This document shows positions 1 to 9,241 of a DNA stretch of 64,000 nucleotides, in pieces. Numbering within the stretch: the stretch's first letter is position 1; every line of letters begins with the position of its first letter. Made by a program: the position numbers and the translations under genes. Under the pieces are notes generated by a model, which made no database searches, was not told the origin of the DNA, and saw only the letters and a list, made by a program, of their open reading frames with translations. This stretch comes from Alphaproteobacteria bacterium (GTDB lineage Bacteria > Pseudomonadota > Alphaproteobacteria > SP197), in NCBI GenBank assembly GCA_964291415.2, contig OZ219917.1:1178012-1242011 (forward strand). Direction: 5' to 3'.

Positions 1-222
1 TCGCACGGCACCGGTCCGCGCCTGCATGACCTGCGCCACCGGTTCGCCGTGAACACGCTGCTTGGGTGGTATCGCAACGAAGTCGATGTCGAACGTCACA
101 TCCCGCAACTCGCGACCTGGCTCGGCCATGCCCATGTGAGCGATACCTACTGGTATCTCACCGCCACGCCGGAGTTGCTGCATCTGGCCGCCCGACGTCT
201 CGACCGCAGGGCGCCGTCATGA
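1..222 (+). CDS. RIT element recombinase B (C-terminal part, truncated by window edge)
   Basis: Frame 1 reads GPRLHDLRHRFAVNTLLGWYR...LATWLGH...TYWYLTATPELL*, the C-terminus typical of the middle RIT recombinase; ATGA overlap with the next gene. Confidence 0.85.
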   Translation, partial: SHGTGPRLHDLRHRFAVNTLLGWYRNEVDVERHIPQLATWLGHAHVSDTYWYLTATPELLHLAARRLDRRAPS

Positions 223-1217
223 GCGATGCGGCAGACTTCCCGCGGCTGCTCGCGCTGTTCTTCACCGAGCGTCTCATGCGACAGCGCCAGGCCAGCCCGC
301 ACACCATCGCCAGCTACCGTTCGACGTTCCGCCTCCTGGTGCTCTACGCCCAGCGCGTGTTGAACACACCGCCCTCGGCGATGGCGCTCGCCGACTTCGA
401 CACCGAGCTGCTCGGCGACTTCCTCGGCCATCTCGAGACCGAACGCGGCAACGATGCGCGGACCCGCAACACCCGCCTTGCCGCCATCCGTTCGTTCTTC
501 CGCTTCGTCGCCTTGCAGGAACCCCGCCACGCCGCCCTGGCCCAGAGGGTCCTGGCCATCCCGGACAAGCGCTACACCCGCCGCCCCGTGACCTGGCTCG
601 AGCGCCCCGAAGTCGAGGCGCTCCTCGCGGCGCCGGACCCGCGATCCCGCAGCGGACGCCGCGACCGCGCCTTGCTGCTCGTGGCAGTCCAGACCGGACT
701 GCGCGCCTCGGAGCTCACCGGACTGCGATGCGAGGATGTTCAGCTCGGCGCCGGCGCCCACGTGCGGTGTCACGGCAAGGGACGAAAGGAGCGGTGCACG
801 CCGCTGCGCAAGGATGCGGCGAAGGCACTCCGGGCGTGGCTGGCCGAACGCCGCGGCGAGCCGCGCGACCCCGTGTTCCCCAATCAGCGCGGCGGCCCGC
901 TGAGCCATGACAGCCTCGCCTACCTCCTGGGCAAGCACGTGACGACCGCGCGGGCTCGATGTCCCTCGCTCGCCAGGAAACGTGTCAGCGCCCATTCATT
1001 GCGCCATTCGTGCGCCATGGAACTCCTTCACAGCGGTGTCGACCGCGCGGTCATTGCATTGTGGCTCGGTCATGAATCCGTCGAGACCACGTACGTCTAT
1101 CTGCACGCCGACCTGAAACTGAAGGAAAAGGCCATGGCGCACACTCAACCTTCACATGTGCCGCACACGCGTTACCGGCCCGACGATGACGTGTTGGCAT
1201 TCCTGAACAGCCTGTGA
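219..1217 (+). CDS. RIT element recombinase C (XerD-like tyrosine recombinase)
   Basis: SPHTIASYR N-terminal SAM-like domain; TGLRASEL, GKGRKER, HSLRHS, WLGH and TYVYLHADL motifs. Confidence 0.9.
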   Translation: MSDAADFPRLLALFFTERLMRQRQASPHTIASYRSTFRLLVLYAQRVLNTPPSAMALADFDTELLGDFLGHLETERGNDARTRNTRLAAIRSFFRFVALQEPRHAALAQRVLAIPDKRYTRRPVTWLERPEVEALLAAPDPRSRSGRRDRALLLVAVQTGLRASELTGLRCEDVQLGAGAHVRCHGKGRKERCTPLRKDAAKALRAWLAERRGEPRDPVFPNQRGGPLSHDSLAYLLGKHVTTARARCPSLARKRVSAHSLRHSCAMELLHSGVDRAVIALWLGHESVETTYVYLHADLKLKEKAMAHTQPSHVPHTRYRPDDDVLAFLNSL

Positions 1218-1300
1218 TTATCCCGGAATCAAGGTCCCTTCGAGCACGCTCCCCGCCCGTCTCCGCCGTCGATTCCGGAGTAAGACGGATCCGGCAATAA
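1218..1300. repeat. RIT terminal recombinase-binding repeats
   Basis: TTATCCCGGAATC (1218-1230) is inverted relative to GATTCCGGAGTAA (1271-1283) and GATCCGGCAATAA (1288-1300). Confidence 0.7.
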
Positions 1301-2280
1301 TGTCGCAGATCGTGGAGACGAACATCCTCGATCCCGGCCTCGTTGCGGGCCCTGTACCAGAGCCCGATCTCGCATGAGCGTGGCCGCGCAGGATCGCGCG
1401 GCGAGGGAAAGACCCAGACGCTGCTCGCCCTTGGCTGACGCTCGACAATCTCCTGGGCGGCGGCCGATAGCCAGACTTCGCGGGGCCCGGTCTTTGCATC
1501 GATCAGCCTGAGTGAGGCGCCGTGGACCTCGCGCCACCGCAGTCTGGTGATCTCGCCGCGTCGGCATCCGGTCAGCAGGAGCAGGCGGATCATGTCGGCC
1601 TGAGGTTGGTACGTGGGACGCGTCGCGACCATTCTGTCCAGTGTCTGGTAGAGGCAGGCGATTTCCTGCCTCGACAGGAACCGCGTCAGCGGCGGGCGCC
1701 TGTTTCGCTTCACGCTTCGCGTCGGGTCGCTGCTGATGTGGCCGCTCGCAACGGCGAACTTCATGATGCGGCGCAACGTTTGCAGCACCATGTTGGCGCC
1801 GCCCGGTGCAACCTTGCTGTAGGCATCGAACCACTTCTCAACATGTCGCGGTCCGATGTGATCGAGCCGCAGGGAACCGAATGACGGCAGCAACTGCCTC
1901 TTCAGTTCCCGGGCAAGGTATGCACGCCGTTGAGGTGTGCAGTGGTCGAGGACCGCTTCCTTCCATGGCCCTGTGGCGAAGGCGGAAAAGAGCGGGACAA
2001 CCCTGTCGGGCTTGCGATCGCCGGATCGTTCCTGGAGCATGAGGGTCAGGCAGTCTCGACGCGCCTCATCGATGGACTTTAGTGCCGCGGATCCGATGGT
2101 TGTTCGCGCCGGGCGTCCGTTCCTGAATTCCTGCCAGACATAGCTGCGATGGCCCGAGGACCGGACCCGCACACCAAAGCCGGCGAGAGAGGTGTCCCAG
2201 ACGGTGTACTCGACCTCACGGGGACGGAGTCTTTCGACAACAGCCTCCGTCAACCTGACCTTTCTCGCCCTGGTTCTCAT
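1300..2280 (-). pseudogene. Tyrosine integrase B of element 1, interrupted by the RIT element
   Basis: MRTRARKVRLT...WDTSLAGFGVRV arm-binding domain, TGCRRGEI, DAKTG, DVRLHDLRH, then homology to 9242-10393 stops abruptly; LLGH and catalytic Tyr are missing. Confidence 0.85.
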
Positions 2281-3398
2281 GCCAGACCCTCCGACAGAAC
2301 CGGCGCGAAGAGATTGATGGCCTGTCGAATCGTTTCGTCGGTGAGATGCGTGTAGCGCAGGGTCGAGGACGCCCTGGCGTGGCCAAGGAGTTTGCCGATC
2401 GCAAGAATGGTCTCGCCATTCTGGAGCGCGACGCTGGCATAGGAGTGGCGCAGATCGTGCAGGCGGACGCCGTTCAATCCGGCTTCCGCACGGATTTGCC
2501 GCCAGAATTCGTCGAGATGATGCCGTTTCGGCTTTGTTGCCGAAAAGACCCATGTGGACTTCCGCGGCAGGTTGTCGAGGACATCGCGCGCGGCTTGCGC
2601 CAGCCAGACCGTGCGCGGGCCGGTCTTGCTGTCCGGCAGGAACAATCGGCCTTCACGGTAATCCCTCCACCTGAGCATGATGATCTCACCCTTGCGGCAG
2701 CCGGTCAGGAGAAGCATCTGCACGGCGGCGGTATGCAACGGACGTCTTGATTGGTGGCGTGCCAGAACGGCGGCAAGACTGCGGTACTCCTCCGGCCGGA
2801 GAAACCGTTCGCGTAAGGTCTCGCGGTAGCGGCGGATACCGACGCAGGGGTTGCTGTTCTCCGGCCTGTAGTCCCAGATTTCGGCCTTCTGCATGATGAC
2901 GGACAGGATCGGTAGGGAGCGGTTGGCCGCCGCTGGCGTTGCATGCAGCGACCGGAACCAGGTTGCGACGTCCTGCTGGGTGATGTCGCTGATGATGCGG
3001 TCGGCGAAGAAGGGCAGGATCTGCCTCTTGAGATAGATCCGGTTGGCCGTGAGGGTGCCGGGCTTCCAGCGCCGCTTGTAGTGGTCAAGGACTTCCTCGG
3101 CGACAGTCTCGAAGAGTGCGTCCTTATCTGTCCAGGGATCCGCAGAGTCGCCGTTCCGGTACGCAGCCAGCATCGCGCGTGCCCGTTCACGAGCCTGCGC
3201 CATGGTCACGGCTCCGGCATCGTCGAGGGTCTTCCAGATTCTCCGGCCCTCGTGCTGAGACTGAATGAAGTAGCGTCTGGCGCCCGAGGGCATGATGCGC
3301 AGGCCAAATCCCTTCAGTTCGGTGTCCCTCACGTCCAGGATGACTTTCTTTGGCTTGAGCGTATCGACGCGGTGCTGGGTGAGGTGTAGCGTGGCCAT
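2277..3398 (-). CDS. Tyrosine integrase A of element 1 (arm-binding N-terminal domain)
   Basis: MATLHLTQHRVDTLKP, RDTELKGFGLRI, TGCRKGEI, DSKTG, HDLRH, LLGH, TLRY; homolog of 8114-9238. Confidence 0.9.
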   Translation of the reverse strand: MATLHLTQHRVDTLKPKKVILDVRDTELKGFGLRIMPSGARRYFIQSQHEGRRIWKTLDDAGAVTMAQARERARAMLAAYRNGDSADPWTDKDALFETVAEEVLDHYKRRWKPGTLTANRIYLKRQILPFFADRIISDITQQDVATWFRSLHATPAAANRSLPILSVIMQKAEIWDYRPENSNPCVGIRRYRETLRERFLRPEEYRSLAAVLARHQSRRPLHTAAVQMLLLTGCRKGEIIMLRWRDYREGRLFLPDSKTGPRTVWLAQAARDVLDNLPRKSTWVFSATKPKRHHLDEFWRQIRAEAGLNGVRLHDLRHSYASVALQNGETILAIGKLLGHARASSTLRYTHLTDETIRQAINLFAPVLSEGLA

Positions 3399-3504
3399 GG
3401 TTGTTTCCTCCGGTGTTCTGTGGCACTGGGGGAAGAATGGGGCCGCCTTTTCGCCCAAGTGTTGCACAAAACGAAAGAAAATACGTGTGTATTTTCCGTG
3501 GGTT

Positions 3505-3530
3505 AGCACTCAAAAGTGCGCCTCTTGTGT
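3505..3530. other. Predicted att end of dual-integrase element 1
   Basis: AGCACT-CAAA-AGTGCG-CCTCTT-GTGT has the same architecture, and a similar distance to the integrase start, as the left end of element 2. Confidence 0.6.
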
Positions 3531-3587
3531 AGCACGGAATGGCGGATATCGTGCGCCCTGAAGTTCGACACGATCGCGGTGGCAGGC

Positions 3588-4886
3588 ATGGCACAGCTTG
3601 CGCAGTCGTCTATCCGCCAGAGAGCCGCGAGGGCTCTTCCCGGTGGTACGTTCGGCAACGTCTCCGGAGATCTCGTCATTGCCCGGGGCAGCGGCAGCCG
3701 CGTGTGGGACGATGAAGGCCGCGAGTACATCGACTATCTCATCGGCTCGGGCCCCATGCTCATCGGGCATGCCCATCCCGAGGTCACGAGCGCGGTGCGC
3801 AGCCAGCTCGAAACGGGGACGACGTTCTTTGCCAGCAATCCCGAGGGCATCGCCCTCGCCGAAGCCATCATCGACGCCGTGCCGGCCGCCGAAAAGGTTC
3901 GTTTCACGAGTACGGGCTCGGAAGCCGACGCCTTTGCCATGCGCCTTGCCCGTGCCCATACGGGACGCCCGAAAATTCTCAAGTTCGAGGGCGGCTACCA
4001 CGGCTACAGCGACTACGCACTGATGAGCCTCGCGCCGAAAACGTCCGGAAACTCTCCCCGCCCGATTCCCGATTCCGCGGGCATTCCCGACACGGTGAGG
4101 GACACGATCCTTGTGGCGCCGTTCAACGATGCAGGTGCGGTGGAAAGTCTCTTGAGGGAGTACGGATCCGAGATCGCGGCGGTGTTCCTCGAGCCGATGC
4201 AGCGCCTCATCCCGCCGCAACCGGATTTCCTTGCCGCCTTGCGGAACCTGACGCGAGAACACGATGTGCTCCTCGTGTTCGACGAGGTGGTCACGGGATT
4301 CCGGCTGGGCATGGGCGGCGCCCAGGAATACTACGGAGTCGTTCCGGACCTCTGTACGCTCGGCAAGGTGATCGGGGGCGGCTTCCCGCTTGCAGCCATT
4401 GCAGGACGCGAGGACATCATGGCCGCCTTTGACAGCGAGCAGGCCGGCGCCGGGCGGTTCGTGCCGCAGGTCGGCACGCTCTCCGGCAATCCCGTGGCGG
4501 CCATGGCCGGCCTTGCAACGCTCGGCGTCCTGTCGCGTCCCGGCGTCTTTGAGCGACTCTTCGACACGGGCCGCCGCCTGATGGCGGCCCTCGAGAGGAT
4601 CCTGGCTGACAACGGGATCGATGCCCGGGTGGTCGGCGAACCTCCTCTGTTCGATGTCGTCTTCACCCATGGCGCCGTCAGCAATCACCGCGACATGCTG
4701 GCTGCCAACGCCGCGATGCTGAAGCGATTCAACGCTCTCCTCATGGAGAATGGCGTTCTCAAGGCGGATTCCAAGATCTACGTTTCCACGGCCATCGACG
4801 ACGAGGACATCACCCGTACGATTGCCGCAATGGAAGACGCCATCGGCCGCCTTGCCCGGGAATGTCACGCCGGTTACGTGTCATGA
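3588..4886 (+). CDS. Class III PLP aminotransferase (glutamate-1-semialdehyde aminomutase-like)
   Basis: YIDYLIGSGPMLIGH, STGSEA, FEGGYHG, FDEVVTGFR, TLGKVIGGGFP, GTLSGNP. Confidence 0.9.
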   Translation: MAQLAQSSIRQRAARALPGGTFGNVSGDLVIARGSGSRVWDDEGREYIDYLIGSGPMLIGHAHPEVTSAVRSQLETGTTFFASNPEGIALAEAIIDAVPAAEKVRFTSTGSEADAFAMRLARAHTGRPKILKFEGGYHGYSDYALMSLAPKTSGNSPRPIPDSAGIPDTVRDTILVAPFNDAGAVESLLREYGSEIAAVFLEPMQRLIPPQPDFLAALRNLTREHDVLLVFDEVVTGFRLGMGGAQEYYGVVPDLCTLGKVIGGGFPLAAIAGREDIMAAFDSEQAGAGRFVPQVGTLSGNPVAAMAGLATLGVLSRPGVFERLFDTGRRLMAALERILADNGIDARVVGEPPLFDVVFTHGAVSNHRDMLAANAAMLKRFNALLMENGVLKADSKIYVSTAIDDEDITRTIAAMEDAIGRLARECHAGYVS

Positions 4887-6013
4887 CGGATGTCAGTGTC
4901 GATGCCTCCGGGACATTCCTGATCCTGGGGTCCAGGCGCTTTCACGCCATCTGGCTGCGCGACAATGCGGCCGATCCCGAGACCCGTGACCCCGGCAATG
5001 GTCAGAGGCTGATTGCACTGGGCGCCATCCCGTCCAATCTCCGCATTGCCTCCGCGGCCGTCAGCAACACCACACTCATGGTCAACTTCGCCCCGGAGAT
5101 GAGGACGATCGCCTTCGACTTGTCCTGGCTCGAGCGGAATGCCTACGACCGGACGGGAGTTGACGGGCGTGGCTGGACGGATCCGGCAATCACCATGTGG
5201 ACCGGCGCCCGGCTGGGCGAGGCGCCGGTCGCGGACCTTGGGGATCTTGAGATGCGCGGCGCTGCGCTGCGCGACTGGCTTGGCCACGTCCGGCGCTATG
5301 GTGTGGCGCGGGTGATCAACGGGCCGGCGGCGCCCGGAGCGCTCTTTCGCATCGTCGATCTCTTCGGTCACGTGAGGGAGACCAACTATGGCCGTCACTT
5401 CGACGTTCGCACCCAGGTGAACCCGGTGAATCTTGCCTATACCGGACTCGCCCTTCAGGCCCATACCGACAACCCCTACCGGGACCCGGTGCCGACGATT
5501 CAACTGCTTTACTGTCTCGAGAGTTCGCTTGCCGGCGGCGACAGCATGGTCATCGACGGATTTGCCGCCGTTCGCCGCCTGCAGGACGAGAATCCGGATC
5601 ACTTCGATGTGCTTGCCGATCACTGTGCACGCTTCGCCTTTGACGGCGAGGATGGCGTCTCGCTCGCCGCCCGCCGTCCGCTGATCGAACTGGCGCCGGA
5701 CGGAGAACTCAGGTGCGTGCGTTTCAACAACCGGTCCCTGGCGGCCGTGAGGGATGTGCCCTTCGAGCGCATGGCCACGTGGTATGCGGCCTACCGGCAC
5801 CTTGGCGACATCGTCGACGACCCGATGATGGCGATTTCGTTCCGCCTGGAACCCGGCGAGTGCTTTGTTGTCGACAACACCCGCGTTCTTCACGGCCGTA
5901 CGGCGTGGACAGGCGCCGGCAACCGCTGGCTCCAGGGCTGCTATGCGGACATGGACGGGCTGCGCTCGACACACGAGGCGATGATGCAGGCAACATCGCG
6001 GACGCCGGTCTGA
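4883..6013 (+). CDS. tmpA: 2-(trimethylamino)ethylphosphonate dioxygenase (gamma-butyrobetaine dioxygenase-like)
   Basis: FHAIWLRDN, AHTDNPYRDPVP, DNTRVLHGR, RWLQGCYAD; translationally coupled to an HD protein. Confidence 0.75.
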   Translation: MTDVSVDASGTFLILGSRRFHAIWLRDNAADPETRDPGNGQRLIALGAIPSNLRIASAAVSNTTLMVNFAPEMRTIAFDLSWLERNAYDRTGVDGRGWTDPAITMWTGARLGEAPVADLGDLEMRGAALRDWLGHVRRYGVARVINGPAAPGALFRIVDLFGHVRETNYGRHFDVRTQVNPVNLAYTGLALQAHTDNPYRDPVPTIQLLYCLESSLAGGDSMVIDGFAAVRRLQDENPDHFDVLADHCARFAFDGEDGVSLAARRPLIELAPDGELRCVRFNNRSLAAVRDVPFERMATWYAAYRHLGDIVDDPMMAISFRLEPGECFVVDNTRVLHGRTAWTGAGNRWLQGCYADMDGLRSTHEAMMQATSRTPV

Positions 6014-6603
6014 TGGCCCAGGCGATCATCGATTGCCTGGCTGCCATCTTCGAAGACGTGGCGGCCGTCGAGTACCTTGGCGAGGACGTGACGATCGCCG
6101 AACACATGCTGCAGAGCGCCACCGTTGCCCAGAGAAGCGGCAGGAAGGAGGCGGTCATCGTCGGAGCGCTGCTTCACGACATCGGCCATGTGGCAGGCGA
6201 TTCCGGGATGTTCTCCATGACCGACATCCGGGACCGTCACCACGAGGTGGCCGGCGCCCGACTGGTGGAGCGTTTCTTTCCCGCCGTCGTGACCGACTGC
6301 ATACGCCACCATGTGGCGGCCAAGCGCTACCTCTCGGCTACCAGGCGTGGTTACCTGGAGAGGTTGAGCGACGCGTCGCGCCATTCGCTTTCCCTCCAGG
6401 GCGGCCCGATGGAGGCACACGAGGCCGGGCAGTTTGCCCGACACCCGCACCTCGGCGACATCATCGCCGTACGCCTCCTGGATGACGCCGGGAAGCGGCC
6501 CGGCATGAAGACGCCCGGATTTTCGCATTTCGTCCCGATCATCGAGAGCCTGGTGGAGGAACACCGGCGAAGCCAGAACAAGGAGGCGCATGATGCTGCT
6601 TGA
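6013..6603 (+). CDS. tmpB: PhnZ-like HD-domain diiron oxygenase (C-P bond cleavage)
   Basis: EYLGEDVTIAEHMLQ, LLHDIGH, HHVAAKRYL, SLSLQGGPM, DDAGK; TGATG overlap with tmpA. Confidence 0.75.
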   Translation: MAQAIIDCLAAIFEDVAAVEYLGEDVTIAEHMLQSATVAQRSGRKEAVIVGALLHDIGHVAGDSGMFSMTDIRDRHHEVAGARLVERFFPAVVTDCIRHHVAAKRYLSATRRGYLERLSDASRHSLSLQGGPMEAHEAGQFARHPHLGDIIAVRLLDDAGKRPGMKTPGFSHFVPIIESLVEEHRRSQNKEAHDAA

Positions 6604-6925
6604 CGTGCGAACCTACACCTGCCGTCCCGGCATGCTCAAAAGACACATGGAACTCTATGAGGCGTTCGGCAAGGAACCGCAGACGAGACACCTTGGACAG
6701 CCCCTGGCATGGCTGGTCACCGAGACCGGCAATCCCAACCAGTTTGTCCATATCTGGGTCTACGAGAATGCCGGTGACCGCGAGGCGCGTCGGAAGGCGA
6801 TGCAGGCGGATCCCGACTGGCAGGACTACCTGGCCCGCAGCGCCGAACTCGGCGCCCTCGAGAGTCAGGAGAACCGGCTCATGACGCCGGCAGGTTTCTT
6901 TCCGCCACCCGTCTGCCGGTCGTGA
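6590..6925 (+). CDS. NIPSNAP family protein
   Basis: DVRTYTCRPG, GNPNQFVHIWVY, DREARRKAMQADPDW. Confidence 0.9.
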   Translation: MMLLDVRTYTCRPGMLKRHMELYEAFGKEPQTRHLGQPLAWLVTETGNPNQFVHIWVYENAGDREARRKAMQADPDWQDYLARSAELGALESQENRLMTPAGFFPPPVCRS

Positions 6926-7617
6926 CCATGCCGGTCATTGCCGGCAATCCGCTGCCTTTTCCACAGGGGGGCGGCCTTGAGCCATCACGCACGGCGCTTC
7001 TCGTCATCGACATGCAGCGGGATTTCTGTGCGGAGAATGGCTACATGCACCGTCTCGGAGCCGACCTGGCGCGCCTGAGACAACCTGTCGAGCCGATTCG
7101 CCGTATCCTCGGCGCGGCGCGCCGGTGCGGGCTCACGATCATTCACACGCGCGAGGGCTATGCTCCGGATCTCTCGGACCTGCAGCCCTGGAAGGTTGGC
7201 GGCGCCGCCAACGAGGCCATCGGCAGCACCGGACCTCTGGGCCGGGCGCTCGTCCGGGGCGAGGAGGGGTGGAACATCATCGACGAACTCGCTCCGTCGC
7301 CCGGCGAGGACGTGTTCGACAAGGCAAGCTACGGGGTCTTCGCAACGACCGCGATCGACGCCGACCTTCGGGCGCGGGACATCCGGGCGGCGATCCTGGT
7401 CGGGCTCACCACCGATTGCTGTGTCACGTCGACCCTGCGCGAGGCCCTGGATCGCGGCATCGAGTGCGTGGTCGTCGAAGACTGCACGGCCGCGGCAAGC
7501 CAGCGGCGACACGATGCGGCCATCGACCTCATCCGCTCGTCCGGTGGCGTCTTCGGAACTCTCGCGAGGAGCGACGCTGTCATCGAGGCGCTCGAAACGA
7601 CGCATCGCCGGCGCTGA
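6922..7617 (+). CDS. Cysteine hydrolase (isochorismatase family, biuret hydrolase-like)
   Basis: LLVIDMQRDF, IHTREGY, DKASYG, GLTTDCCV. Confidence 0.85.
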   Translation: MTMPVIAGNPLPFPQGGGLEPSRTALLVIDMQRDFCAENGYMHRLGADLARLRQPVEPIRRILGAARRCGLTIIHTREGYAPDLSDLQPWKVGGAANEAIGSTGPLGRALVRGEEGWNIIDELAPSPGEDVFDKASYGVFATTAIDADLRARDIRAAILVGLTTDCCVTSTLREALDRGIECVVVEDCTAAASQRRHDAAIDLIRSSGGVFGTLARSDAVIEALETTHRRR

Positions 7618-7666
7618 CATTGTCGTCGGCGTCACTTCACGATAGCTTTCCGTCCTGGAGGCTTCC

Positions 7667-7983
7667 ATGGTGACGTTGACACCGCTCGATGCGGCCTTCG
7701 GAGCGGAGATTCACGGAGTCCGGCTTGCCGACGATTTCGCCGAGCCGGTCATGCGTACCCTGGTGGACGCGCTTCATGCCCATCGCGTGATCGTCATCAG
7801 GGACCAGGATCTCGACAAGGACCGGTTTCTCCGGTTCGGCAGGCTGTGGGGCGATCCCATCCCCCATGTCCTCGACCACATGCGCATGGATGGCTATCCC
7901 GAACTCATGACCGTGGGCAACACCGAAGAGCGGGACAGGGACGCCAAGATCCGCAACGGCGCCGCCCTGTGGCACACCGACCA
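7667..7983 (+). pseudogene. TauD/TfdA dioxygenase, 5-prime part (split by the integrated element)
   Basis: LTPLDAAFGAEIHGVRL...VIVIRDQDL...ALWHTD, ending at the direct repeat. Confidence 0.92.
7973..7983 (+). repeat. attL core CACACCGACCA
   Basis: Identical to 30595-30605. Confidence 0.92.
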
Positions 7984-8113
7984 CGCACCTTCGGTGCTGA
8001 ACTAAATTTCAACATACTGAAACAACGACGTTTTCTCTCTCACAACTTCACGCCTGGGACGCCGGAACAAGGCGTTTCCGTGCCCAAGGTGCAACAGGGA
8101 AGGGAGAGAAACC

Positions 8114-9238
8114 ATGGCGACGAGCCGCCTTACGCAACATCGCGTCGACACCCTCAAGCCGGGCGGGAAGACCCGTGACATCCGCGACAGGGACCTCAAG
8201 GGTTTCGGTGTTCGGATCCTGTCTTCGGGGCGCAAGCGTTTCTTCCTGCACCGTCAGGTGGACGGTAGGAGGGTCTGGCATGCCATCGGTGACGCCGACG
8301 ACATCACCCTGTCGTGCGCGCGTTCAAGGGCCAAGGCCTTGTTGGCAGCGAGATTGCTTGGCGAAGAAGCGGAGGCAATCGACCACATTGCCTTCGAGGT
8401 CGTAGCCGAGGAAGTCTTCCGCCGCTACGGGCGCCACTGGAAGCCACGCACACTCAGGGTCAATCTCGGATACTACAGAAACCAGATCTTGCCCTGGTTC
8501 AAGGGCATGGCCATTGCCGCCATCACGCGTCCTGATGTTCAGAAGTGGTTCGCCTCGCTTCACTCGACACCGGTGGCTGCCGATCGCTCGGCACCGGTGC
8601 TCTCGGTCATCCTCAGACAGGCCGAGGTCTACGGCTACCGCCCCGAGGGATCCAACCCCTGCAGCGGGATCAGGCGCTATCGCAGGCGGGGCCGTGAACG
8701 ATTCCTGACTTCCGACGAGATACGCCGGTTGAGCCGGGTTCTCGACCTGCATCATGAGCGCCATCTTCTTCAGGTATCCATCGTGCGACTTCTTCTCCTG
8801 ACGGGATGCCGCAAATCGGAAATTCTGACGCTCAGCTGGTCCGAATACCGCGAGGGCAAACTTCACCTCTCGGACTCCAAGACCGGACCGCGCACGGTGT
8901 GGCTGTCGTCCGCCGCACGTCGCATCCTCGATGGCCTGCCGCGGTCAGGGCCATGGGCGTTTCCTTCTCCCCTCAAGAACCGCCATCTGTCGGAGAGCGC
9001 GCTTGACGCATTCTGGTGGGGAGTCCGAGGCGAGGCGGCAATCGACGATGTCCATTGTCATGATCTTCGCCACAGTCATGCGTCGGTGGCCCTCGCTCAT
9101 GGCGAGACGATCCTCACCATCGGCAGGCTTCTCGGCCACAACGATCCGGCGACCACGCTGAAGTACACGCACCTTGCCGATGCAACCATCCACGAGGCTG
9201 CCGAAGCTCTCGCACCCATCCTTGCCGGGGAGGACTGA
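8114..9238 (+). CDS. Tyrosine integrase A of element 2
   Basis: RDRDLKGFGVRI arm domain; TGCRKSEI, DSKTG, HDLRH, LLGH, TLKY. Confidence 0.92.
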   Translation: MATSRLTQHRVDTLKPGGKTRDIRDRDLKGFGVRILSSGRKRFFLHRQVDGRRVWHAIGDADDITLSCARSRAKALLAARLLGEEAEAIDHIAFEVVAEEVFRRYGRHWKPRTLRVNLGYYRNQILPWFKGMAIAAITRPDVQKWFASLHSTPVAADRSAPVLSVILRQAEVYGYRPEGSNPCSGIRRYRRRGRERFLTSDEIRRLSRVLDLHHERHLLQVSIVRLLLLTGCRKSEILTLSWSEYREGKLHLSDSKTGPRTVWLSSAARRILDGLPRSGPWAFPSPLKNRHLSESALDAFWWGVRGEAAIDDVHCHDLRHSHASVALAHGETILTIGRLLGHNDPATTLKYTHLADATIHEAAEALAPILAGED

Positions 9239-9241
9239 ACC

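Larger units (their letters stand above)
1..1300 (+). mobile_element. Right portion of a RIT (recombinase-in-trio) element
   Basis: Coupled RitB/RitC-like genes followed by repeated terminal sites; abuts a truncated integrase at about 1300. Confidence 0.8.

Noticed and set aside
1051-2553. 500-aa integrase as given in the ORF track
   Set aside because: The real start is 2280, and sequence beyond 1300 is read-through into RIT DNA
7984-8113. Guide or bridge RNA upstream of the integrases
   Set aside because: No segment matching the target flanks was found by eye; only a short hairpin and a few short words such as GTGCAACA are shared with element 1
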